A stretch of 64,000 nt of DNA. Origin: Auanema rhodensis. Taxonomy: Eukaryota > Animalia > Nematoda. Each line of letters begins with the position of its first letter. Within the stretch, counting starts at the first letter, position 1. The DNA lies in NCBI GenBank assembly GCA_964057225.1, contig OZ059900.1:1116001-1180000 (forward strand). Direction: 5' to 3'. The notes below the pieces were generated by a model. That model was not told where the DNA came from. It made no database searches and was given only the letters and a program-made list of their open reading frames with translations. Below are positions 42,036 through 56,500 of this stretch, piece by piece. The translations under genes were made by a program, and so were the position numbers.

Positions 42036-45000
42036 CATATTCGTTAAGATTTGAGAATCAAACATACAATACACAAAATCAGTCTATTTTTATGAGCTTG
42101 CACTGATATATATTCATTTTGATCAAAAAAGGTCGAAAATAGAAAGAATTTTTGAAATTTCCGAGTTTTGAGTCTAATTTGGCTAAATCGCTCATATATA
42201 TGATCAGAAGCATAGTTTTATTGTCTATGACAACAAAAATCATCAATTAAACGCTAGTGATGTTTAAATACTGATTTTCGCTCAAATAGCATTACTACAC
42301 TAAGTATGGTCGTTTTTATGCCTTTAACACCATATACTCACCGATTTTTGGTACAAAATCTGTAATACTTGTAAATTTTGATCATATTCGTTAAGATTCG
42401 AGAATCAAACACATAATACACGAAATAAGTCTATTTTTACAAGTTTGCACTGATATTTATTCATTTTGATCAAAAAAGATCGAAAATAGAAAGAATTTTT
42501 GAAATTTCCGAGTTTTGAGTCCAATTTGGCTAAATCGCTCATATATATGATCAAAAGCATAGTTTTATTGTCTATAACAACAAAAGTCATCAATTAAACG
42601 CTAGTGATGTTTAAATACTGAATTTCACTCAAATAGCATTACTACACTAAGTATGGTCGTTTTTATGCCTTTAACACCATATACTCACCGATTTTTGGTA
42701 CAAAATCTGTGATACTCGTAAATTTTGATCATATTCGGTGAGATTCGAGAATCAAACACACAATACACGAAATAAGTTTATTTTTACGAGTTTGCACTGA
42801 TATTTATTCATTTTGATCAAAAAAGGTCGAAAATAGAAAGAATTTTTGAAATTTCCGAGTTTTGAGTCTAATTTGGCTAATTCGCTCATATATATGATCA
42901 AAAGCATAGTTTTATTGTCTATGACAACAAAAGTCATCAATTAAACGCTAGTGATGTTTAAATACTGAATTTCGCTCAAATAGCATTACTACACTAAGTA
43001 TGGTCGTTTTTATGCCTTTAACACCATATACTCACCGATTTTTGGTACAAAATCTGTGATACTCGTAAATTTTGATCATATTCGGTGAGATTCGAGAATC
43101 AAACACACAATACACGAAATAAGTTTATTTTTACGAGTTTGCACTGATATTTATTCATTTTGATCAAAAAAGGTCGAAAATAGAAAGAATTTTTGAAATT
43201 TCCGAGTTTTGAGTCTAATTTGGCTAATTCGCTCATATATATGATCAAAAGCATAGTTTTATTGTCTATAACAACAAAAGTCATCAATTAAACGCTAGTG
43301 ATGTTTAAATACTGAATTTCACTCAAATAGCATTACTACACTAAGTATGGTCGTTTTTATGCCTTTAACACCATATACTCTGCGATTTTTGGTACAAAAT
43401 CTGTGATACTCGTAAATTTTGATCATATTTGGTGTGATTCGAGAATCAAACACACAATACACGAAATAAGTTTATTTTTACGAGTTTGCACTGATATTTA
43501 TTCATTTTGATCAAAAAAGGTCGAAAATAGAAAGAATTTTTGAAATTTCCGAGTTTTGAGTCTAATTTGGCTAAATCGCTCATATATATGATCAAAAGCA
43601 TAGTTTTATTGTCTATGACAACAAAAGTCATCAATTAAACGCTAGTGATGTTTAAATACTGAATTTCGCTCAAATAGCATTACTACACTAAGTATGGTCG
43701 TTTTTATGCCTTTAACACCATATACTCACCGATTTTTGGTACAAAATCTGTAATACTTGTAAATTTTGATCATATTCGTTAAAATTCGAGAATCAAACAC
43801 ATAATACACGAAATAAGTCTATTTTTATGAGTTTGCACTGATATTTATTCATTTTGATCAAAAAAGGTCGAAAATAGAAAGAATTTTTGAAATTTCCGAG
43901 TTTTGAGTCTAATTTGGCTAAATCGCTCATATATATGATCAAAAGCATAGTTTTATTGTCTATGACAACAAAAGTCATCAATTAAACGCTAGTGATGTTT
44001 AAATACTGAATTTCGCTCAAATAGCATTACTACACTAAGTATGGTCGTTTTTATGCCTTTAACACCATATACTCATCGATTTTTGGTACAAAATCTGTGA
44101 TACTCGTAAATTTTGATCATATTCGGTGAGATTCGAGAATCAAACACACAATACACGAAATAAGTTTATTTTTACGAGTTTGCACTGATATTTATTCATT
44201 TTGATCAAAAAAGGTCGAAAATAGAAAGAATTTTTGAAATTTCCGAGTTTTGAGTCTAATTTGGCTAATTCGCTCATATATATGATCAAAAGCATAGTTT
44301 TATTGTCTATAACAACAAAAGTCATCAATTAAACGCTAGTGATGTTTAAATACTGAATTTCACTCAAATAGCATTACTACACTAAGTATGGTCGTTTTTA
44401 TGCCTTTAACACCATATACACTGCGATTTTTGGTACAAAATCTGTAATACTTGTAAATTTTGATCATATTCGTTAAAATTCGAGAATCAAACACATAATA
44501 CACGAAATAAGTCTATTTTTATGAGTTTGCACTGATATTTATTCATTTTGATCAAAAAAGGTCGAAAATAGAAAGAATTTTTGAAATTTACGAGTTTTGA
44601 GTCTAATTGGGCTAAATCGCTCATATATATGATCAAAAGCATAGTTTTATTGTCTATGACAACAAAAGTCATCAATTAAACGCTAGTGATGTTTAAATAC
44701 TGAATTTCGCTCAAATAGCATTACTACACTAAGTATGGTCGTTTTTATGCCTTTAACACCATATACTCACCGATTTTTGGTACAAAATCTGTGATACTCG
44801 TAAATTTTGATCATATTCGGTGAGATTCGAGAATCAAACACACAATACACGAAATAAGTTTATTTTTACGAGTTTGCACTGATATTTATTCATTTTGATC
44901 AAAAAAGGTCGAAAATAGAAAGAATTTTTGAAATTTCCGAGTTTTGAGTCTAATTTGGCTAAATCGCTCATATATATGATCAAAAGCATAGTTTTATTGT

Positions 45001-47587
45001 CTATGACAACAAAAGTCATCAATTAAACGCTAGTGATGTTTAAATACTGAATTTCGCTCAAATAGCATTACTACACTAAGTATGGTCGTTTTTATGCCTT
45101 TAACACCATATACTCACCGATTTTTGGTACAAAATCTGTAATACTTGTAAATTTTGATCATATTCGTTAAGATTCGAGAATCAAACACATAATACACGAA
45201 ATAAGTCTATTTTTATGAGTTTGCACTGATATTTATTCATTTTGATCAAAAAAGGTCGAAAATAGAAAGAATTTTTGAAATTTCCGAGTTTTGAGTCTAA
45301 TTTGGCTAAATCGCTCATATATATGATCAAAAGCATAGTTTTATTGTCTATGACAACAAAAGTCATCAATTAAACGCTAGTGATGTTTAAATACTGAATT
45401 TCGCTCAAATAGCATTACTACACTAAGTATGGTCGTTTTTATGCCTTTAACACCATATACTCACCGATTTTTGGTACAAAATCTGTGATACTCGTAAATT
45501 TTGATCATATTCGGTGAGATTCGAGAATCAAACACACAATACACGAAATAAGTTTATTTTTACGAGTTTGCACTGATATTTATTCATTTTGATCAAAAAA
45601 GGTCGAAAATAGAAAGAATTTTTGAAATTTCCGAGTTTTGAGTCTAATTTGGCTAATTCGCTCATATATATGATCAAAAGCATAGTTTTATTGTCTATAA
45701 CAACAAAAGTCATCAATTAAACGCTAGTGATGTTTAAATACTGAATTTCACTCAAATAGCATTACTACACTAAGTATGGTCGTTTTTATGCCTTTAACAC
45801 CATATACACTGCGATTTTTGGTACAAAATCTGTGATACTCGTAAATTTTGATCATATTCGGTGAGATTCGAGAATCAAACACACAATACACGAAATAAGT
45901 TTATTTTTACGAGTTTGCACTGATATTTATTCATTTTGATCAAAAAAGGTCGAAAATAGAAAGAATTTTTGAAATTTCCGAGTTTTGAGTCTAATTTGGC
46001 TAAATCGCTCATATATATGATCAAAAGCATAGTTTTATTGTCTATGACAACAAAAGTCATCAATTAAACGCTAGTGATGTTTAAATACTGAATTTCGCTC
46101 AAATAGCATTACTACACTAAGTATGGTCGTTTTTATGCCTTTAACACCATATACTCACCGATTTTTGGTACAAAATCTGTAATACTTGTAAATTTTGATC
46201 ATATTCGTTAAAATTCGAGAATCAAACACATAATACACGAAATAAGTCTATTTTTATGAGTTTGCACTGATATTTATTCATTTTGATCAAAAAAGGTCGA
46301 AAATAGAAAGAATTTTTGAAATTTCCGAGTTTTGAGTCTAATTTGGCTAAATCGCTCATATATATGATCAAAAGCATAGTTTTATTGTCTATGACAACAA
46401 AAGTCATCAATTAAACGCTAGTGATGTTTAAATACTGAATTTCGCTCAAATAGCATTACTACACTAAGTATGGTCGTTTTTATGCCTTTAACACCATATA
46501 CTCACCGATTTTTGGTACAAAATCTGTGATACTCGTAAATTTTGATCATATTCGGTGAGATTCGAGAATCAAACACACAATACACGAAATGAGTTTATTT
46601 TTACGAGTTTGCACTGATATTTATTCATTTTGATCAAAAAAGGTCGAAAATAGAAAGAATTTTTGAAATTTCCGAGTTTTGAGTCTAATTTGGCTAAATC
46701 GCTCATATATATGATCAAAAGCATAGTTTTATTGTCTATGACAACAAAAGTCATCAATTAAACGCTAGTGATGTTTAAATACTGAATTTCGCTCAAATAG
46801 CATTACTACACTAAGTATGGTCGTTTTTATGCCTTTAACACCATATACTCACCGATTTTTGGTACAAAATCTGTAATACTTGTAAATTTTGATCATATTC
46901 GTTAAGATTCGAGAATGAAACACATAATACACGAAATAAGTCTATTTTTATGAGTTTGCACTGATATTTATTCATTTTGATCAAAAAAGGTCGAAAATAG
47001 AAAGAATTTTTGAAATTTCCGAGTTTTGAGTCTAATTTGGCTAAATCGCTCATATATATGATCAGAAGCATAGTTTTATTGTCTACGACAACGAAAATCA
47101 TCAATTAAACGCTAGTGATGTTTAAATACTGATTTTCGCTCAAATAGCATTACTACACTAAGTATGGTCGTTTTTATGCCTTTAACACCATATACTCACC
47201 GATTTTTGGTACAAAATCTGTAATACTTGTAAATTTTGATCATATTCGTTAAGATTTGAGAATCAAACATACAATACACAAAATCAGTCTATTTTTATGA
47301 GCTTGCACTGATATATATTCATTTTGATCAAAAAAGGTCGAAAATAGAAAGAATTTTTGAAATTTCCGAGTTTTGAGTCTAATTTGGCTAAATCGCTCAT
47401 ATATATGATCAGAAGCATAGTTTTATTGTCTATGACAACAAAAATCATCAATTAAACGCTAGTGATGTTTAAATACTGATTTTCGCTCAAATAGCATTAC
47501 TACACTAAGTATGGTCGTTTTTATGCCTTTAACACCATATACTCACCGATTTTTGGTACAAAATCTGTAATACTTGTAAATTTTGAT
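42036..47587. repeat. Homogeneous run of 16 consecutive 347-bp monomers with 3/4-mer micro-periodicity
   Basis: ORF starts step by exactly 347 from 42405 to 47610. The CTAATTCGCTC allele occurs in monomers 42752, 43099, 44140 and 45528. Confidence 0.88.
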
Positions 47588-50500
47588 CATATTCGTTAAG
47601 ATTCGAGAATCAAACACATAATACACGAAATAAGTCTATTTTTACAAGTTTGCACTGATATTTATTCATTTTGATCAAAAAAGGTCGAAAATAGAAAGAA
47701 TTTTTGAAATTTCCGAGTTTTGAGTCCAATTGGGCTAAATCGCTCATATATATGATCAAAAGCATAGTTTTACTGTCTATGATAACAAAAGTCTTCAAAT
47801 ATACACTAGTAATGATTAAATCACTGAATTTCACTCGAATAGCATTACTACACTAAGTATGGTCGTTTTTATGCCTTTAACACCATATACTCACCGATTT
47901 TTGGTACAAAATCTGTAATACTTGTAAATTTCGATCATATTCGTTAAGATTTGAGAATCAAACACATAATACACGAAATAAGTCTATTTTTACAAGTTTG
48001 CACTGATATTTATTCATTTTGATCAAAAAAGGTCGAAAATAGAAAGAATTTTTGAAATTTCCGAGTTTTGAGTCCAATTTGGCTAAATCGCTCATATATA
48101 TGATCAAAAGCATAGTTCTATTGTCTATAACAACAAAAGTCTTCAATTAAACGCTAGTGATGTTTTAATACTGAATTTCGCTCAAATAGCATTACTACAC
48201 TAAGTATGGTCGTTTTTATGCCTTTAACACCATATACTCACCGATTTTTGGTACAAAATCTGTAATACTCGTAAATTTTGATCATATTCGTTAAGATTTG
48301 AGAATCAAACATACAATACACGAAATCAGTCTATTTTTATGAGCTTGCACTGATATATATTCATTTTGATCAAAAAAGGTCGAAAATAGAAAGAATTTTT
48401 GAAATTTACGAGTTTTGAGTCTAATTTGGCTAAATCGCTCATATATATGATCAGAAGCATAGTTTTATTGTCTATGACAACAAAAGTCATTAATTAAACA
48501 CTAATAATGTTTAAATCACTAAATTTCGCTCAAATAGCATTACTACACTAAGTATTGTCGTTTTTATGCCTTTAACACCATATACTCACCGATTTTTGGT
48601 ACAAAATCTGTAATACTTGTAAATTTTGATCATATTCGTTAAGATTTGAGAATCAAACACATAATACACGAAATAAGTCTATTTTTATGAGTTTGCACTG
48701 ATATTTATTCATTTTGATCAAAAAAGGTCGAAAATAGAAAGAATTTTTGAAATTACCGAGTTTTGAGTCTAATTTGGCTAAATCGCTCATATATATGATC
48801 AGAAGCATAGTTTTATTGTCTATGACAACAAAAATCATCAATTAAACGCTAGTGATGTTTAAATACTGATTTTCGCTCAAATAGCATTACTACACTAAGT
48901 ATGGTCGTTTTTATGCCTTTAACACCATATACTCACCGATTTTTGGTACAAAATCTGTAATACTTGTAAATTTTGATCATATTCGTTAAGATTTGAGAAT
49001 CAAACATACAATACACAAAATCAGTCTATTTTTATGAGCTTGCACTGATATATATTCATTTTGATCAAAAAAGGTCGAAAATAGAAAGAATTTTTGAAAT
49101 TTCCGAGTTTTGAGTCTAATTTGGCTAAATCGCTCATATATATGATCAGAAGCATAGTTTTATTGTCTATGACAACAAAAATCATCAATTAAACGCTAGT
49201 GATGTTTAAATACTGATTTTCGCTCAAATAGCATTACTACACTAAGTATGGTCGTTTTTATGCCTTTAACACCATATACTCACCGATTTTTGGTACAAAA
49301 TCTGTAATACTTGTAAATTTTGATCATATTCGTTAAGATTCGAGAATCAAACACATAATACACGAAATAAGTCTATTTTTACAAGTTTGCACTGATATTT
49401 ATTCATTTTGATCAAAAAAGATCGAAAATAGAAAGAATTTTTGAAATTTCCGAGTTTTGAGTCCAATTTGGCTAAATCGCTCATATATATGATCAAAAGC
49501 ATAGTTTTATTGTCTATAACAACAAAAGTCATCAATTAAACGCTAGTGATGTTTAAATACTGAATTTCACTCAAATAGCATTACTACACTAAGTATGGTC
49601 GTTTTTATGCCTTTAACACCATATACTCACCGATTTTTGGTACAAAATCTGTGATACTCGTAAATTTTGATCATATTCGGTGAGATTCGAGAATCAAACA
49701 CACAATACACGAAATAAGTTTATTTTTACGAGTTTGCACTGATATTTATTCATTTTGATCAAAAAAGGTCGAAAATAGAAAGAATTTTTGAAATTTCCGA
49801 GTTTTGAGTCTAATTTGGCTAAATCGCTCATATATATGATCAGAAGCATAGTTTTATTGTCTATGACAACAAAAATCATCAATTAAACGCTAGTGATGTT
49901 TAAATACTGATTTTCGCTCAAATAGCATTACTACACTAAGTATGGTCGTTTTTATGCCTTTAACACCATATACTCACCGATTTTTGGTACAAAATCTGTA
50001 ATACTTGTAAATTTTGATCATATTCGTTAAGATTCGAGAATCAAACACATAATACACGAAATAAGTCTATTTTTACAAGTTTGCACTGATATTTATTCAT
50101 TTTGATCAAAAAAGATCGAAAATAGAAAGAATTTTTGAAATTTCCGAGTTTTGAGTCCAATTTGGCTAAATCGCTCATATATATGATCAAAAGCATAGTT
50201 TTATTGTCTATAACAACAAAAGTCATCAATTAAACGCTAGTGATGTTTAAATACTGAATTTCACTCAAATAGCATTACTACACTAAGTATGGTCGTTTTT
50301 ATGCCTTTAACACCATATACTCACCGATTTTTGGTACAAAATCTGTGATACTCGTAAATTTTGATCATATTCGGTGAGATTCGAGAATCAAACACACAAT
50401 ACACGAAATAAGTTTATTTTTACGAGTTTGCACTGATATTTATTCATTTTGATCAAAAAAGGTCGAAAATAGAAAGAATTTTTGAAATTTCCGAGTTTTG

Positions 50501-53500
50501 AGTCTAATTTGGCTAAATCGCTCATATATATGATCAAAAGCATAGTTTTATTGTCTATGACAACAAAAGTCATCAATTAAACGCTAGTGATGTTTAAATA
50601 CTGAATTTCGCTCAAATAGCATTACTACACTAAGTATGGTCGTTTTTATGCCTTTAACACCATATACTCACCGATTTTTGGTACAAAATCTGTAATACTC
50701 GTAAATTTTGATCATATTCGTTAAGATTTGAGAATCAAACATACAATACACAAAATCAGTCTATTTTTATGAGCTTGCACTGATATATATTCATTTTGAT
50801 CAAAAAAGGTCGAAAATAGAAAGAATTTTTGAAATTTACGAGTTTTGAGTCCAATTGGGCTAAATCGCTCATATATATGATCAAAAGCATAGTTTTATTG
50901 TCTATGACAACAAAAGTCATTAATTAAACACTAATAATGTTTAAATCACTAAATTTCGCTCAAATAGCATTACTACACTAAGTATTGTCGTTTTTATGCC
51001 TTTAACACCATATACTCACCGATTTTTGGTACAAAATCTGTAATACTTGTAAATTTTGATCATATTCGTTAAGATTTGAGAATCAAACACATAATACACG
51101 AAATAAGTCTATTTTTATGAGTTTGCACTGATATTTATTCATTTTGATCAAAAAAGGTCGAAAATAGAAAGAATTTTTGAAATTACCGAGTTTTGAGTCT
51201 AATTTGGCTAAATCGCTCATATATATGATCAGAAGCATAGTTTTATTGTCTATGACAACAAAAATCATCAATTAAACGCTAGTGATGTTTAAATACTGAT
51301 TTTCGCTCAAATAGCATTACTACACTAAGTATGGTCGTTTTTATGCCTTTAACACCATATACTCACCGATTTTTGGTACAAAATCTGTAATACTTGTAAA
51401 TTTTAATCATATTCGTTAAGATTTGAGAATCAAACATACAATACACAAAATCAGTCTATTTTTATGAGCTTGCACTGATATATATTCATTTTGATCAAAA
51501 AAGGTCGAAAATAGAAAGAATTTTTGAAATTTCCGAGTTTTGAGTCTAATTTGGCTAAATCGCTCATATATATGATCAGAAGCATAGTTTTATTGTCTAT
51601 GACAACAAAAATCATCAATTAAACGCTAGTGATGTTTAAATACTGATTTTCGCTCAAATAGCATTACTACACTAAGTATGGTCGTTTTTATGCCTTTAAC
51701 ACCATATACTCACCGATTTTTGGTACAAAATCTGTAATACTTGTAAATTTTGATCATTTTCGTTAAGATTCGAGAATCAAACACATAATACACGAAATAA
51801 GTCTATTTTTACAAGTTTGCACTGATATTTATTCATTTTGATCAAAAAAGATCGAAAATAGAAAGAATTTTTGAAATTTCCGAGTTTTGAGTCCAATTTG
51901 GCTAAATCGCTCATATATATGATCAAAAGCATAGTTTTATTGTCTATAACAACAAAAGTCATCAATTAAACGCTAGTGATGTTTAAATACTGAATTTCAC
52001 TCAAATAGCATTACTACACTAAGTATGGTCGTTTTTATGCCTTTAACACCATATACTCACCGATTTTTGGTACAAAATCTGTGATACTCGTAAATTTTGA
52101 TCATATTCGGTGAGATTCGAGAATCAAACATACAATACACAAAATCAGTCTATTTTTATGAGCTTGCACTGATATATATTCATTTTGATCAAAAAAGGTC
52201 GAAAATAGAAAGAATTTTTGAAATTTACGAGTTTTGAGTCCAATTGGGCTAAATCGCTCATATATATGATCAAAAGCATAGTTTTATTGTCTATGACAAC
52301 AAAAGTCATCAATTAAACGCTAGTGATGTTTAAATACTGAATTTCGCTCAAATAGCATTACTACACTAAGTATGGTCGTTTTTATGCCTTTAACACCATA
52401 TACTCACCGATTTTTGGTACAAAATCTGTAATACTCGTAAATTTTGATCATATTCGTTAAGATTTGAGAATCAAACATACAATACACAAAATCAGTCTAT
52501 TTTTATGAGCTTGCACTGATATATATTCATTTTGATCAAAAAAGGTCGAAAATAGAAAGAATTTTTGAAATTTACGAGTTTTGAGTCCAATTGGGCTAAA
52601 TCGCTCATATATATGATCAAAAGCATAGTTTTACTGTCTATGATAACAAAAGTCTTCAAATATACACTAATAATGTGTAAATCACTGAATTTCACTCAAA
52701 TAGCTTTACTACACTAAGTATGGTCGTTTTTATGCCTTTAACACCATATACTCACCGATTTTTGGTACAAAATCTGTAATACTCGTAAATTTTGATCATA
52801 TTCGTTAAGATTTGAGAATCAAACATACAATACACAAAATCAGTCTATTTTTATGAGCTTGCACTGATATATATTCATTTTGATCAAAAAAGGTCGAAAA
52901 TAGAAAGAATTTTTGAAATTTCCGAGTTTTGAGTCTAATTTGGCTAAATCGCTCATATATATGATCAGAAGCATAGTTTTATTGTCTATGACAACAAAAG
53001 TCATTAATTAAACACTAATGATGTTCAAATCACTAAATTTCGCTCAAATAGCATTACTACACTAAGTATGGTCGTTTTTATGCCTTTAACACCATATACT
53101 CACCGATTTTTGGTACAAAATCTGTAATACTTGTAAATTTTGATCATATTCGTTAAGATTCGAGAATCAAACACATAATACACGAAATAAGTCTATTTTT
53201 ATGAGTTTGCACTGATATTTATTCATTTTGATCAAAAAAGGTCGAAAATAGAAAGAATTTTTGAAATTTCCGAGTTTTGAGTCTAATTTGGCTAAATCGC
53301 TCATATATATGATCAAAAGCATAGTTTTACTGTCTATGATAACAAAAGTCTTCAAATATACACTAATAATGTGTAAATCACTGAATTTCACTCAAATAGC
53401 TTTACTACACTAAGTATGGTCGTTTTTATGCCTTTAACACCATATACTCACCGATTTTTGGTACAAAATCTGTAATACTTGTAAATTTTGATCATATTCG

Positions 53501-56500
53501 TTAAGATTCGAGAATCAAACACATAATACACGAAATAAGTCTATTTTTATGAGTTTGCACTGATATTTATTCATTTTGATCAAAAAAGGTCGAAAATAGA
53601 AAGAATTTTTGAATTTTCCGAGTTTTGAGTCCAATTGGGCTAAATCGCTCATATATATGATCAAAAGCATAGTTTTACTGTCTATGATAACAAAAGTCTT
53701 CAAATATACACTAATAATGTGTAAATCACTGAATTTCACTCAAATAGCTTTACTACACTAAGTATGGTCGTGTTTATGCCTTTAACACCATATACTCACC
53801 GATTTTTGGTACAAAATCTGTAATACTCGTAAATTTTGATCATATTCGTTAAGATTTGAGAATCAAACATACAATACACAAAATCAGTCTATTTTTATGA
53901 GCTTGCACTGATATATATTCATTTTGATCAAAAAAGGTCGAAAATAGAAAGAAGTTTTGAAATTTCCGAGTTTTGAGTCTAATTTGGCTAAATCGCTCAT
54001 ATATATGATCAGAAGCATAGTTTTATTGTCTATGACAACAAAAATCATCAATTAAACGCTAGTGATGTTTAAATACTGATTTTCGCTCAAATAGCATTAC
54101 TACACTAAGTATGGTCGTTTTTATGCCTTTAACACCATATACTCACCGATTTTTGGTACAAAATCTGTGATACTCGTAAATTTTGATCATATTCGGTGAG
54201 ATTCGAGAATCAAACACACAATACACGAAATAAGTTTATTTTTACGAGTTTGCACTGATATTTATTCATTTTGATCAAAAAAGGTCGAAAATAGAAAGAA
54301 TTTTTGAAATTTCCGAGTTTTGAGTCTAATTTGGCTAAATCGCTCATATATATGATCAAAAGCATAGTTTTATTGTCTATGACAACAAAAGTCATCAATT
54401 AAACGCTAGTGATGTTTAAATACTGAATTTCGCTCAAATAGCATTACTACACTAAGTATGGTCGTTTTTATGCCTTTAACACCATATACTCACCGATTTT
54501 TGGTACAAAATCTGTAATACTCGTAAATTTTGATCATATTCGTTAAGATTTGAGAATCAAACATACAATACACAAAATCAGTCTATTTTTATGAGCTTGC
54601 ACTGATATATATTCATTTTGATCAAAAAAGGTCGAAAATAGAAAGAATTTTTGAAATTTACGAGTTTTGAGTCCAATTGGGCTAAATCGCTCATATATAT
54701 GATCAAAAGCATAGTTTTATTGTCTATGACAACAAAAGTCATTAATTAAACACTAATAATGTTTAAATCACTAAATTTCGCTCAAATAGCATTACTACAC
54801 TAAGTATTGTCGTTTTTATGCCTTTAACACCATATACTCACCGATTTTTGGTACAAAATCTGTAATACTTGTAAATTTTGATCATATTCGTTAAGATTTG
54901 AGAATCAAACACATAATACACGAAATAAGTCTATTTTTATGAGTTTGCACTGATATTTATTCATTTTGATCAAAAAAGGTCGAAAATAGAAAGAATTTTT
55001 GAAATTACCGAGTTTTGAGTCTAATTTGGCTAAATCGCTCATATATATGATCAGAAGCATAGTTTTATTGTCTATGACAACAAAAATCATCAATTAAACG
55101 CTAGTGATGTTTAAATACTGATTTTCGCTCAAATAGCATTACTACACTAAGTATGGTCGTTTTTATGCCTTTAACACCATATACTCACCGATTTTTGGTA
55201 CAAAATCTGTAATACTTGTAAATTTTGATCATATTCGTTAAGATTCGAGAATCAAACACATAATACACGAAATAAGTCTATTTTTACAAGTTTGCACTGA
55301 TATTTATTCATTTTGATCAAAAAAGATCGAAAATAGAAAGAATTTTTGAAATTTCCGAGTTTTGAGTCCAATTTGGCTAAATCGCTCATATATATGATCA
55401 AAGGCATAGTTTTATTGTCTATAACAACAAAAGTCATCAATTAAACGCTAGTGATGTTTAAATACTGAATTTCACTCAAATAGCATTACTACACTAAGTA
55501 TGGTCGTTTTTATGCCTTTAACACCATATACTCACCGATTTTTGGTACAAAATCTGTGATACTCGTAAATTTTGATCATATTCGGTGAGATTCGAGAATC
55601 AAACACACAATACACGAAATAAGTTTATTTTTACGAGTTTGCACTGATATTTATTCATTTTGATCAAAAAAGGTCGAAAATAGAAAGAATTTTTGAAATT
55701 TCCGAGTTTTGAGTCTAATTTGGCTAAATCGCTCATATATATGATCAAAAGCATAGTTTTATTGTCTATGACAACAAAAGTCATCAATTAAACGCTAGTG
55801 ATGTTTAAATACTGAATTTCGCTCAAATAGCATTACTACACTAAGTATGGTCGTTTTTATGCCTTTAACACCATATACTCACCGATTTTTGGTACAAAAT
55901 CTGTAATACTCGTAAATTTTGATCATATTCGTTAAGATTCGAGAATCAAACATACAATACACAAAATCAGTCTATTTTTATGAGCTTGCACTGATATATA
56001 TTCATTTTGATCAAAAAAGGTCGAAAATAGAAAGAATTTTTGAAATTTACGAGTTTTGAGTCCAATTGGGCTAAATCGCTCATATATATGATCAAAAGCA
56101 TAGTTTTATTGTCTATGACAACAAAAGTCATTAATTAAACACTAATAATGTTTAAATCACTAAATTTCGCTCAAATAGCATTACTACACTAAGTATTGTC
56201 GTTTTTATGCCTTTAACACCATATACTCACCGATTTTTGGTACAAAATCTGTAATACTTGTAAATTTTGATCATATTCGTTAAGATTTGAGAATCAAACA
56301 CATAATACACGAAATAAGTCTATTTTTATGAGTTTGCACTGATATTTATTCATTTTGATCAAAAAAGGTCGAAAATAGAAAGAATTTTTGAAATTACCGA
56401 GTTTTGAGTCTAATTTGGCTAAATCGCTCATATATATGATCAGAAGCATAGTTTTATTGTCTATGACAACAAAAATCATCAATTAAACGCTAGTGATGTT

